This document shows positions 53,402 through 63,754 of a stretch of 64,000 nt of DNA, in pieces. Both the position numbers and the translations under genes were made by a program. The notes under the pieces are model-generated. The model made no database searches, was not told the DNA's origin, and saw nothing but the letters and a program-made list of their open reading frames with translations. Origin of the DNA: Promethearchaeota archaeon (GTDB lineage Archaea > Asgardarchaeota > Lokiarchaeia > Sigyniarchaeales > SOKP01); assembly GCA_048937405.1 (NCBI GenBank), contig JBHLNF010000002.1, positions 288,001 to 352,000 on the forward strand, written 5' to 3'. Positions within the stretch are counted from its first letter, which is position 1. Each line of letters begins with the position of its first letter.

Positions 53402-54034
53402 ATGAATAAATTAAAAGTTCCTTATCGTGTAACTGAGGGACAAGCTAAAGCGGCTGCTAAAACACTTGCTCGAGCATTCCATGATTACCCCATACATACT
53501 TATTTATTCCCTGATGAAGATGAAAGAATTAGAAAGGTACCAATACTTATGGAATATTTAGTTCGTTATGGAATCATCTATGGTGAAGTATATGGTAGCT
53601 CACCAAATCTAGAGGGTATAGCTGTTTGGCTTCCTTTTTGGGATGCTGAAATGACTGAAGAGAGATTAAAAAAATGTCGTATGTCTTATAGAGATGGTAA
53701 AGAACTTCCCTCTGTATTTGATGAGGAATTTTCTAAGAACTATGAACCTATAGAACAGTGTGAATACAGATGTCATAAACAATACGCTGATTTTTTTAAC
53801 TGGTATTTATATCCAATTGGTGTAGATCCAGATCATCAAGGAAGTGGCTATGCGGGGTTATTATTAAGATCGAAATTCGAGGAAATTGACAAACAAGATA
53901 TACCTTGTTATTTAGAAACTTATAAGGAAAAAAATGTTCCGCTCTATCAACATTTTGGTTTTAAAACTGTTGAAACCGGAATAATAACCAGAACAGATCT
54001 TACATTTTGGGCAATGTTACGCAAAAAAGATTAA
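53402..54034 (+). CDS. GNAT N-acetyltransferase (paralog of 32125-32802)
   Basis: GVDPDHQGSGYAG, YLET, LYQHFGF. Confidence 0.92.
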   Translation: MNKLKVPYRVTEGQAKAAAKTLARAFHDYPIHTYLFPDEDERIRKVPILMEYLVRYGIIYGEVYGSSPNLEGIAVWLPFWDAEMTEERLKKCRMSYRDGKELPSVFDEEFSKNYEPIEQCEYRCHKQYADFFNWYLYPIGVDPDHQGSGYAGLLLRSKFEEIDKQDIPCYLETYKEKNVPLYQHFGFKTVETGIITRTDLTFWAMLRKKD

Positions 54035-54041
54035 GAAATTA

Positions 54042-54126
54042 TTCCACTAAATTTTCATTGAACTCTAACTCTAAATTTTCCTTTCCATTCAATTTTCACA
54101 GAAAATTGGGACAAAAGTTAAAAAGG
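54042..54126 (+). repeat. Dispersed repeat, copy 12 (long form)
   Basis: TTCCACTAAATTTTCATTGAACTCTAACTCTAAATTTTCCTTTCCATTCAATTTTCACAGAAAATTGGGACAAAAGTTAAAAAGG. Confidence 0.92.
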
Positions 54127-54217
54127 TTGGGAGGACAACTAATCGTCTCCTAATTAGAGGCAAAGATTATAAATATTATCATATCTTAATTTTTGTTGAA
54201 AAAGAAGGATTTATATT

Positions 54218-54610
54218 ATGCAAGAAAAGTGCCTTGATTGTGGAGCGGATATAAAACCAGGATGGGATTTCTGTCTGACATGTGGTTCAAAATTCGCAGA
54301 TCAGATGGAAAGGACCCTAGAAGAGCAGCAAATAATAGATAAAAAAATAAAAGAGAAGCAAAAGCAGCAAAAAAAGGAATTTAAAGAAAGTATGCGGGGA
54401 CGGAAAGAAAGGAAGAGAAAGGAGATTAAAAAAGCTATTCGAAGATCAATGATGAAATTCCTTATATTCCTTGGGATCAGTCTTTTGACAGGGATAATTG
54501 GATTTTTCATTGGATCAATTTATTTTGATCAGGGGGGTCTAGGATTTATTATTGGATTTTTTACTCCCTTGATTGTGTTAGGTGTTATAGTATGGATTTC
54601 TAATTATTAG
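54218..54610 (+). CDS. Zinc-ribbon protein with two C-terminal TM helices
   Basis: CLDCG...FCLTCG, charged linker, two hydrophobic helices. Confidence 0.8.
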   Translation: MQEKCLDCGADIKPGWDFCLTCGSKFADQMERTLEEQQIIDKKIKEKQKQQKKEFKESMRGRKERKRKEIKKAIRRSMMKFLIFLGISLLTGIIGFFIGSIYFDQGGLGFIIGFFTPLIVLGVIVWISNY

Positions 54611-54767
54611 TCTTAGATTTCATCGAGAGGGAGAAAATTTTTTTTTAATAGTTTATAGAAGGGAGTGATGTTGGGTGAGCAAATTGGATAACACCCCCTC
54701 CCCTTGAAAAACCACTGATCATGGATGGTTGTTCCATATAGCAGAAATTTACTAATTTTCTGATTTA

Positions 54768-54812
54768 TTTCAAAGGAATTTTCATTGAACTCAGACGCTG
54801 AATTTACATTTC
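54768..54812 (+). repeat. Dispersed repeat, copy 13
   Basis: TTTCAAAGGAATTTTCATTGAACTCAGACGCTGAATTTACATTTC. Confidence 0.93.
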
Positions 54813-54970
54813 AATAATAATATACTCTTGAAATTAAATATAAAAGAAAAAATTATAATTAATTTTCACTAACTTTGAAGCATCTTACACAAAATTACTT
54901 CAACCTGAAAATACAAGCAAAATTGCTTCAAAAGACATAAGTAAATTATAAAATCAATCTTTAAACTCCT

Positions 54971-55897
54971 TTATGTTAAAAAAATGGGGAGGAAAGTGAT
55001 AATTGCTGATATTTTTGTCAATAATCCAATTTTTATTAATTTCTCGTCTTTTAATTTCAAATAAAGAGTAAGATAAAAGTTTTGCTTTGACCCCGATTCA
55101 TATTGTATCCGCCTTTGGAGAATTTTTATTATCTTCTTTCTTTCACTAATCTCCTTTTTTATTTTGAAAGCTAAAAGACTAGGGATTAATATGTACATTA
55201 TGTAAGTAGGGGAAAAAATTATAAGAATCAGCCAATAATGATAAATATAACTGCTTAACGGAAAAACAGAATAAATATCAAGAAGAAAAGGAAAAAAAAA
55301 TTGTAAATCAAGCATAATGAAGCGAGAGAGATCCCAATATCTAAAATAAAAATTTTCAATCGAAGAATATTCCAATTTTATATCAATGTGTTCCTTAAAA
55401 TAATACATTTTAATAGCTTTACCTATCAATATAATAGTGAATAAGGAGGACAATGCTAGCATTATAAATATTATAAATATTGATAATGTGGATATAATCT
55501 GTTCAACGTTTAATATGATAATAAATAAATTAATTATAGGTAAGGAGAGCAAACCTAGATATAAATAGATAGTTACAATGTAGGAAATTAAATGCATCCT
55601 TTTTAAAAATCTCAATGAAGAGTAAATATTCCTACTCTTATCATTTTCAGTTATCTCAGTTAAATGAAATTTCTTAAACCTATTGCTAATCCTATCTATA
55701 TTATTTCGCCAGTATAAATATTCTCCTGATTTATAGAAGATACGGTTATTAGTAATTACATATATAGTAACCTCTGTTTTATCAGGTAAATTTAATATTA
55801 GTTGATGAATCTCATCAGAAGTCAAATCGATGATCTCTTCGTGAAATAAATCAAATTTACCTGTAGAAGTATTAAAGTTTCTAATCAAAACTTCCAT
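54971..55897 (-). CDS. Hypothetical membrane protein
   Basis: 308-aa ORF with 4-5 hydrophobic segments. Confidence 0.65.
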   Translation of the reverse strand: MEVLIRNFNTSTGKFDLFHEEIIDLTSDEIHQLILNLPDKTEVTIYVITNNRIFYKSGEYLYWRNNIDRISNRFKKFHLTEITENDKSRNIYSSLRFLKRMHLISYIVTIYLYLGLLSLPIINLFIIILNVEQIISTLSIFIIFIMLALSSLFTIILIGKAIKMYYFKEHIDIKLEYSSIENFYFRYWDLSRFIMLDLQFFFPFLLDIYSVFPLSSYIYHYWLILIIFSPTYIMYILIPSLLAFKIKKEISERKKIIKILQRRIQYESGSKQNFYLTLYLKLKDEKLIKIGLLTKISAIITFLPIFLT

Positions 55898-56015
55898 ACA
55901 AAATCATACAATTTTTTCATTGAATTAATTATAGCAATATCTCAAGATATTTATTCTTAACCCTCAAAATGGTTCTTAGGAGTTTAAATGGCTTATAGAT
56001 ATATTTTAAAATAAC

Positions 56016-56177
56016 TTATACAGAATCAATGCGTCTTGAAACCCGCGCAATAAAATACACCTCGTTTTCCTTTTTTTTATTGCTGACAAGTTTTCCACCA
56101 AAATACCCTCCAACACCTCCAACACCAAAAATACATATTGTCTGCTTTTCTGATGTTCCCCCTTTACTCATATTCAT
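56016..56177 (-). pseudogene. 5' remnant of a ketopantoate reductase (PanE/ApbA-like) gene
   Basis: TICIFGVGGVGGYFGGKL...EVYFIAR Rossmann start, with a stop after 53 aa. Confidence 0.7.
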
Positions 56178-56381
56178 ACCTGTATCATCATCCTAAAGTT
56201 TTAATCTTAGTATCAGTCTACTCATATTTTAAGATTATGTATAATCCCTTTAGAAAGTTTAAACTATCCTAAGTAATTAAAAGAAAAATAGAAAGAAAAT
56301 ATGGCAGAATGATAATGAGAGATACGAATAATGAGATACCATTAGATAAATTATTTAAATCCGCTCCTCTTAAGTTATTTT

Positions 56382-56591
56382 ATGGGAACGTGTCCATTTT
56401 GTAGTAAAGAACTTCTTATAGAAGATTTTTTCCATTCTTACAAGAAAGAGACAAAGAAAGGAAAAATTAAAGTTAAATTAGGTGATTTTAAAGGAGATAA
56501 AAGACAACTCACAGTTAATCATAATGTACGCATGTGGTCTTGTCCATCTTGTGATGCTATTTTGGGATTTTCTGAATTTGCATCATACTAG
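56382..56591 (+). CDS. Small zinc-finger protein
   Basis: CPFC...CPSCDAILGF. Confidence 0.75.
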   Translation: MGTCPFCSKELLIEDFFHSYKKETKKGKIKVKLGDFKGDKRQLTVNHNVRMWSCPSCDAILGFSEFASY

Positions 56592-56955
56592 TTTCGCTCT
56601 TAACTTATCTTTACTAATATGAAACTTAAAGTAGGAAAGCAATGAAAAGAGAAAGAAGAGGATATAGTGGATTGTAGGTTGGAGTTGAACTATAATAACA
56701 GAAAATCAATTAAAGGATAAGGAAAAAGAACCACCAAATTATATGACCATTGATGAAATTACCAAGTTGCTTGTGGAAGTAAGGGTTGATCTAACCATAT
56801 TAAAGAAATCGGTTACCTCCAAGAAAATAAAAGAACAATTAAAATGGGCAATTAACGGAATTGATATTGTTGGATGTGAATTAAACCAAAATATAGCCGA
56901 AAAATTAATAGAAAAATAGAAAGAAAAAATAAAGAAAATAAATTAATTGAAACTT

Positions 56956-58641
56956 CTAATACATTCCCGGGGGCATGCCCATACCACCACCCATCCCACC
57001 CATTCCAGGAGGCATACCTCCCATCCCCCCACCAGGAGGCATTGGAGGCATTGCAGATTTAGCAGAGGCAATTACATCATCGATGCGTAAGATCATGGAG
57101 GTAGCTTCTGTCGAACTTTTAATCGCTTGTACTTTTACGACAGTTGGTTCGACAACGCCTATGGATGACATATCATTGACCACATCACCAGTATCGAGGT
57201 CATGTCCCGCGAATTTTTGCCCTTGCTGATGTGCAGCTCTTAATTTCATGAGGGTATCAATCTGGTCGAGCCCAGCATTTTCAGCAAGAGTTTTAGGAAT
57301 GATATCAAGGGAATCCGCAAAGATTTCGACAGCAAGTTGTTCACGACCGCCAAGGGAAGATGCATACTTTCTGAGTTGGATTGCGGTTTCAACTTCAGGA
57401 GCCCCACCACCGCCCACAAGTTTTTCATCTTCCACCACATCTCTAACAACACAGAGAGCATCATGAAGGGCTCTTTCAACTTCATCAACGATGAGTTCAG
57501 TCCCGCCACGGATAAGGATGACAACTGATTTTGGGTCTTTACATTCTTCAATAAAGATCCAAGAGTCGTTCATAATTTTCCGCTCTTCGACAAGACCTGC
57601 CCATCCGAGCTTTTCAGGGACAATATCATCGAGGTTTGTAAAGATAGTGCCACCGGTGGCTTTAGAGAGTTTTTCGATATCGGATTTTTTAACCCTTCGT
57701 ACAGCCATGATACCGGCTTTAGAGAGGAAATGTTGAGCCATATCATCAATTCCTTTTTGGCAGATAAGAACTTTTGCGCCAGAGTTTTGAATTTTTTTAG
57801 CCATATTTCTGAGCATATTTTCTTCTTCATCGAGGAATTGTTGAATTTGTTCAGGGCTGTTGATTTGTAGTTTGGAGTCAAATTCAGTTTTTTCAATTTC
57901 GACGGCGCTTTGTAGAAGTAAGATTTTGGCATCGGTAACGCTTTTTGGCATTCCGGGGCTCACAACTTCTTTATCGAGGATAATTCCTTTAATGAGATTA
58001 GTATCATCGATTGAATCGCCTTGTTTTTTCTGAATTTGGACTTTTTCGATGTCAGCGACCCATTTTCCATTCTCAGTTTTTTCAGAAATAGCTTTAATCG
58101 CATCCATACAGATTTGAGCGAGTTTTTCTTTTGATTCAGAGACAATCTTGCTGGACATACAGGTCATAGCGGCGTTTTTAAGACCTTTTTCATCGTCAAT
58201 ACCACTTTTTATGGAAATACTATCGAGTATTTCAACTGCTTTTTCGGCAGCTTTTCTGAATCCTTCAGTAATGACAGTAGGATGGATTTTTTGTTCTATG
58301 AGCTTTTTTGCTCGTTTAAGGAGTTCTCCAGCGAGTATAACTGAAGTAGTGGTTCCATCGCCAACTTCAGAATCTTGAGTTTTAGCGACTTCTACCATCA
58401 TTTTAGCAGCAGGATGTTGGACATCAATTTCTTTTAAAATAGTAGCGCCGTCATTGGTGATGACGACATCGCCAAATTGGTCTACGAGCATTTTGTCCAT
58501 ACCACGAGGTCCAAGAGAAGTTCTCACAGCTTCAGCGATGACAATTGCGGCAGCAATGTTATTTTGCATAGCATCTCTACCGCGTTGTCGTTCAGTGCCT
58601 TCTTTCATAATTAATACGGGTGTTCCGCCTAATTGTGCCAT
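56956..58641 (-). CDS. ths: Thermosome subunit (group II chaperonin)
   Basis: [31 protein letters not shown] and a GGM-rich tail. Confidence 0.98.
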   Translation of the reverse strand: MAQLGGTPVLIMKEGTERQRGRDAMQNNIAAAIVIAEAVRTSLGPRGMDKMLVDQFGDVVITNDGATILKEIDVQHPAAKMMVEVAKTQDSEVGDGTTTSVILAGELLKRAKKLIEQKIHPTVITEGFRKAAEKAVEILDSISIKSGIDDEKGLKNAAMTCMSSKIVSESKEKLAQICMDAIKAISEKTENGKWVADIEKVQIQKKQGDSIDDTNLIKGIILDKEVVSPGMPKSVTDAKILLLQSAVEIEKTEFDSKLQINSPEQIQQFLDEEENMLRNMAKKIQNSGAKVLICQKGIDDMAQHFLSKAGIMAVRRVKKSDIEKLSKATGGTIFTNLDDIVPEKLGWAGLVEERKIMNDSWIFIEECKDPKSVVILIRGGTELIVDEVERALHDALCVVRDVVEDEKLVGGGGAPEVETAIQLRKYASSLGGREQLAVEIFADSLDIIPKTLAENAGLDQIDTLMKLRAAHQQGQKFAGHDLDTGDVVNDMSSIGVVEPTVVKVQAIKSSTEATSMILRIDDVIASAKSAMPPMPPGGGMGGMPPGMGGMGGGMGMPPGMY

Positions 58642-58864
58642 TATTTATCACATTTTATAATTTTAATTTAGACAAATTTTTTTGAAATACAATTTTCTTT
58701 ATATAGATCTCTAAGTCATAAAATTAAAAAAGTTTACGATTTTTGGTATTTAAAATGTAAAAGGGTTAAATTTGCGAGTTTGAAGATTAGTATTTATAAA
58801 TTGAAAAAGTTAAAGAATGCAAATTTGTAATTTTTTTATAGAGGTTAAAACTACCAAATAACTC

Positions 58865-59215
58865 CTATTTAGCTTTATCTGATATTTTTTGATCTATTTG
58901 TGCTATATTATGGGCAATGGGAGGACTTCTTTTTTGTTTTTTAACGGTATTTCCAACTGCAAGGATAATAGCTATGGAGAAGAATATACCATTAAAAAGG
59001 ACAGAACCATCAGGTAATATTTTAAAAAATATATATGCTAATATCATAAAAACTACGAAGATACTTGCTGGAATTAAAATCTGTTCGAGACTTAATACTG
59101 GTTTGAGCTTAGAAGCTCTAAATTGAATTATAATAAATAAAATTATAATATAAATAGAAGGGACTATAAGTAATATATTTCGTAAAAAAATTTCAGATCT
59201 CGACATCTCAAACAA
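58865..59215 (-). CDS. Small membrane protein
   Basis: Three hydrophobic helices. Confidence 0.55.
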   Translation of the reverse strand: MFEMSRSEIFLRNILLIVPSIYIIILFIIIQFRASKLKPVLSLEQILIPASIFVVFMILAYIFFKILPDGSVLFNGIFFSIAIILAVGNTVKKQKRSPPIAHNIAQIDQKISDKAK

Positions 59216-59377
59216 AATTTTTCGTCTTTCTGTTAAATCATTTCAATTGATTTAAGATATATTATTGTATATTGAATTTAAAATTAATAATTTTTTAGAT
59301 TCAATAATATGTTAAAGAAGAAAGAATAGTATAGCTGTGAATTGAGATTTTGAAGTAAAAAAAACTAATCTAATGAT

Positions 59378-59542
59378 TTATTTAGTAAGTTCTCTTCTCT
59401 TTAAGCGCAGATCTTTTCCATGACATCTGCGGCATTTTTTTGCTTTTATAGGATTAAGAGCGCCACAACGTCTACAGACAGTTTTTTCGAGGAGATGGTA
59501 TCGTGCAATACGTCTTTTTTCAGGGTCATCAATGGGGGACAT
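59378..59542 (-). CDS. rpl40e: 50S ribosomal protein eL40 (absent from the ORF track)
   Basis: Translated by hand: MSPIDDPEKRRIARYHLLEKTVCRRCGALNPIKAKKCRRCHGKDLRLKRRELTK. Confidence 0.93.
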   Translation of the reverse strand: MSPIDDPEKRRIARYHLLEKTVCRRCGALNPIKAKKCRRCHGKDLRLKRRELTK

Positions 59543-59733
59543 TTTTTCTCAGTTTATATTTTTAGTTGTTTTTCGAGACTTAGCATAGTAATAATACTAA
59601 TGAGAATATCTTGAAAAAGGTATGATTCAAAATAAAATTTTTGTTTAGGGTGTTGGAAAATATGATAAAATTAAAATTCTATAGATAATAGATCTATTCA
59701 TACTATAGGTTTTGAAATAATAGTTGATAAACA

Positions 59734-59928
59734 GTGCCACGAGAAATATTTGATGAGGATGAGTTTCGCGAGCTTTCTGAGTTTGCGATTCATTGTCGGG
59801 TCAAGCGTTTAAGAGATGTAGTAAAATTAAAATTAAGGACTAAGAAAATTCTTTATACATATAAGGTGGACCCATTGACAGCAGAGAGGTTATTAAGAGA
59901 TATAAGTTGTGATATTATCGAATTATAG
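59734..59928 (+). CDS. rpl38e: 50S ribosomal protein eL38
   Basis: MPREI...EF...CRVKR...VKLKLRTKKILYTYKVD. Confidence 0.9.
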   Translation: MPREIFDEDEFRELSEFAIHCRVKRLRDVVKLKLRTKKILYTYKVDPLTAERLLRDISCDIIEL

Positions 59929-60155
59929 AATATCTTTTCAAAAGTTCAACTATTTTATCTGTTTCAATCTCAAATCTCTTGGGATTAATTTATTATTCTG
60001 TATTAGTAAATCTACATGAAATCTGCTTGAACTAAATCTAATTAAAACTGTCCTTTCTCCTGATTAGACAATATTTATTGAAAAAGATAATTATAAATTG
60101 TTCTTCTATTATTTTATTGTTAAAATTAATAGGATAATTATTAAGTAAATTTAAG

Positions 60156-61076
60156 ATGATTCAAGCACTTTATATTTTTCAGAGCGATACAAAGGACCTT
60201 ATGTATAATAAAAATTTTCAAAGTGATGAAAAATTAGAGATGTTTGATTCATTTTTTTCGGCTTTACAGACATTCGTTACAGAACTTACTGATAGCAGTA
60301 CTGAATCATTGAATACAATTGTATTAGGAGAACATCTGGTCTTAATTACACGAATCATGGAGACATTATCAGATTTAGTTATTATTACTAATAAAGAAGA
60401 TATAAAAGAAGTTCAAAAATTAATCCCAGAAATGACAGAAATTGTTTTGAGTTATAAAGATTTGTTTATTAATTGGGATAGAAAACCAGAAAAACTGGAG
60501 AAGTTTGATTCAAAAATAATCAAATTAGTTCTATCAGATAAAAAATTAAATGAAGGGTACTCTTTAACAGCTGATCAAAGTACAATTTTAAAATCAATTT
60601 GGGATCAAAAAGGGAGACTGTCTGATCAACTAAGAGAGGATTTGCTAAAAGAAAGGAAGGAATTAGAGACTAAATATGCTGAAGAAGAGAATTTTATCAA
60701 AAAATATAACTTTTCGAAGAGTTTAATCGAAATTTCAGAAAAACTTCGAGATGACGAGAAATTTATCGAATATCAAACAGAAGCGAAATCTCTTAAAGAT
60801 GAAATAAAAGATCGAAATTTAAGGTTAAAGTATTATTTGGATAAAATAAAAGAATCATTGGATTATTCTAAATATGCAGAGACATATTCATACCTCTATT
60901 CATTTTGTTTAAAACTGGTCAATTTTGCTGATCCAGAAATAATCTCCAAGTATAAAAGCCTTGCTAAGACAGTACTTAACCGGAATAAAATACCTAAAGA
61001 AGAATTTAAACAAACGATTGAAGAGATATCTCTGATTGAAAAAGAGATTAAAAAAATCTTGTTATTAAACAGATAA
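60156..61076 (+). CDS. Longin-like N-terminal domain plus helical C-terminal domain protein
   Basis: MIQALYIF...MFDSFFSALQTFVTEL pattern. Confidence 0.6.
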   Translation: MIQALYIFQSDTKDLMYNKNFQSDEKLEMFDSFFSALQTFVTELTDSSTESLNTIVLGEHLVLITRIMETLSDLVIITNKEDIKEVQKLIPEMTEIVLSYKDLFINWDRKPEKLEKFDSKIIKLVLSDKKLNEGYSLTADQSTILKSIWDQKGRLSDQLREDLLKERKELETKYAEEENFIKKYNFSKSLIEISEKLRDDEKFIEYQTEAKSLKDEIKDRNLRLKYYLDKIKESLDYSKYAETYSYLYSFCLKLVNFADPEIISKYKSLAKTVLNRNKIPKEEFKQTIEEISLIEKEIKKILLLNR

Positions 61077-61129
61077 TTCCCTTAATTAAAAAAACTTTAT
61101 GACCTTTTTATTTCTATATTAATACTTAG

Positions 61130-62868
61130 TTAACCAATATGAACTAAATCGGAGTATAGCCCATTTCCTAAATAATTAATTAAAACAACATCATTCTCAG
61201 AACTTTCAATTGAATACTCCATCTTCAATATTTCTTGCCAAAAAATTGTTACCGAGGATTCATTATTAATTACAAAGTCTGGAAAAACATAAGGCTTATT
61301 TGAAAAAATTTGACTATGTACAATACTGAAATTGTTTAATTCAAAAAAATGGATATTTAAATCGTCATCATAAAAAGTCATATATCCTTTGGAAGAATTG
61401 TAGTATCTAATAATGGGATTAGAAATAGGAATAGTTGAATTAAACAATAATATTGGAGTTTCAAAAATACCTGTCCTATTAGATGTAATGTAAATTTTTG
61501 TTTGATTTTCTAACCAAGAGAAATAAAAATTATTTGAAAAATCACAAAAAACATTCAAATTTTCAATATTATTAGAGATATTGATAATATTATTCAGAGT
61601 TTGAGGATTACTAAAGTTCTTATCTTTAATTAAAGAATAGTAAAAAGTATTGTTACTTCTAAAAAGAAAAAAGATTTCATCTAAATTATTTCTACATATC
61701 CTGAAATTATTTGAACTTTTATTTATGAGAGGTAACGAATTAGATAAATTATATGAAAAAACAATTTCGGTTCTTGAAGAAGATTCATTTGTAATACTAT
61801 TTAAATCTACATGACTGAAAATAAATAACGGTTCTTGATTTTTGTCTAATGTAAAATAATATTCATTAATTGATCTAAAAAATAAAGAAGGTACTGATAC
61901 TAAATTTAATTGAAAATTTGTTGAGATTTCAGTTTGATTTATTAAAATTTTATCATAATTGCTTTCTAAAATACATGTCCAGAAAAATGTTTCTAAATTT
62001 TTATCATATTCTATAAAAGGAGCTGAAAAATGGACATTAGAAATTTCTTCAATTAGAATTTGGCTTTCAATTATTTCATCTGTATATAAAAAACTTCCTA
62101 ACTTTATATTGTTATTTGTAATCCATATCAAATACAATGTGTTATTTATTTTTGTATATTTAATTGATTTAAAAGAATCATGAATATTAATATAATTAGA
62201 ATTAGTTGAGTTATCTTTATTTATCAAAGCATAGATTGGAATAAAAAGAGATACTGAAAATATTATTATATATATAAGTGATAATGATTTGATAATTCTC
62301 TTTTTGTAGATAGATAAATTCATTTGATAAAGTTCTCTCGGCTTCTTTAATGACAACCGAAATTGAAATAAATGAGTTAAGTTAAAAGAGGATCTAAATA
62401 AAAGATAGGTTAAGAAAATTGTAAAAATAAGAAGATAATAAATAATTGCAAGTAAAATATCATAGAAATATAATGATGCAAAATCAAAGGATAAGGTATA
62501 AAGTCCTATAAGTCTCAATAAATTTAAAAAAAATTTACAGGAATAAAAATTGTTGAAAGGCGTAATCCTTCTTTCCAATGTATTTTAGTAAAAAAACAAA
62601 AAAATATAATAAAAAATACAAATATAAAACCAGATAATTCATTTGATAATTGAACAGAAAAATTTGATTTAATAATTAAATATGTGATATTATATTTTTC
62701 AATTTCAAAATTAAAATTGAATGTGTATGATAAAAAATTGATAAATTCAATTGAGGGAAAATTCAGAACTGCAGGAGGTATAATAACATATAAAATTACC
62801 GTAATTAAAATGATAGAAAAAAAAATTAAGATAATTTGGGTAATTAAGTGTTTTTTCACGAAATTCAT
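61130..62868 (-). CDS. Membrane protein with large beta-rich domain, split by a homopolymer frameshift
   Basis: ORFs 62524-62868 and 61130-62578 join (IPVNFF/LNLLRLIG) if the A8 run at 62527-62534 were A9. Confidence 0.6.
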
Positions 62869-63194
62869 TTAATTTTCTCAACAACTGGTTTTTATTTCAT
62901 ATGAGTTTATGTATTGTTTTGTAATGATGACAAGAATATATAGAGTTATTATAGATATAAAAAGATAAATTTCTTATTTTTATAAATACAATTCATTTTT
63001 TTTTAGGATTTAGTTGCCAATAAATCAGCTTATTGTTCGAATGTCTACAAAGAACTGCTTTTAAATATAAATTTAAGAACTCTTACCGCAATATTAATTA
63101 ACCATTTTTAATAAAGATCAATTGCAATACAGTTTATCAAAAAGATATATTAGAATTAACATAAAGTTTAGATAATAATTTTGGTATAATATTA

Positions 63195-63707
63195 ATGAAA
63201 GCTCTTCCAGCAGATAAGACGTGCATAAAATCTGGCTTTTTATGTTCTAACTGTCAAGCTAGACTTGATACAGAAGAAATAACAGAATTTGAGTTAGATT
63301 TGGCAAGAGATCTTATGCAATTAGAGGAAGAAGATGAACGGTTTGCTTTTTTAAGAGATGTTTCTTTTTACAAAGCTATTGATTATGAAGATGTTGTAAT
63401 TCTCGTAGTGGCGAAAAAAGATAAATTAATAATAAGTCAAGAACTAATAGATTGGATAAAAGAAACATATGAGATAGATGAAATAATTTTAGTAGAGAAA
63501 ACTAATAAACCACGTCCAGTAGTAGAAGCATTAATTAATCCCTATAAATTAATATCGTTAAATGAAATATTTCTGGCTACCGGAGATATTCAATTTAGAG
63601 CTGTACTCTGGGAAGATGATAAAAAATATTTTTTATTTACACAAGAAGAACTTGAACAACTTATTTTTGAATTAACAGGAAATATTACCCGAGTTGAATT
63701 TCAATAA
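63195..63707 (+). CDS. Archaeal NusA-like KH-domain protein
   Basis: N-terminal CIKSGFLCSNCQ motif and IILVEKT...EALINP, typical of the archaeal NusA paralogue. Confidence 0.75.
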   Translation: MKALPADKTCIKSGFLCSNCQARLDTEEITEFELDLARDLMQLEEEDERFAFLRDVSFYKAIDYEDVVILVVAKKDKLIISQELIDWIKETYEIDEIILVEKTNKPRPVVEALINPYKLISLNEIFLATGDIQFRAVLWEDDKKYFLFTQEELEQLIFELTGNITRVEFQ

Positions 63708-63754
63708 TTAGTAATGTTTAATTGTCAAATTTCTTACTAATAGATAGATTTACT

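Noticed and set aside
42839-54812. CRISPR array interpretation of the dispersed repeat
   Set aside because: Intervals are 0.5-3.5 kb and contain whole genes, the repeats are degenerate, and no cas genes are present.
46230-54812. Canonical integron attC sites or simple terminators
   Set aside because: No RYYYAAC...GTTRRRY ends and no intI. Copies also occur between divergent gene starts (34958, 42839, 46230, 48893), which does not fit a terminator.
50180-55926. Possible extra half-copies of the repeat near 50190 (AAATTTCATTG) and 55911 (TTTTTTCATTGAA), plus weak matches near 31950 and 33630
   Set aside because: Too short and AT-rich to distinguish from chance by eye.
56975-58660. Many short overlapping ORFs within the thermosome gene
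   Set aside because: Shadow ORFs caused by the biased codon usage of a highly expressed gene. The higher GC here is not evidence of transfer.
59420-59614. 64-aa plus-strand ORF
   Set aside because: Antisense shadow of rpl40e.
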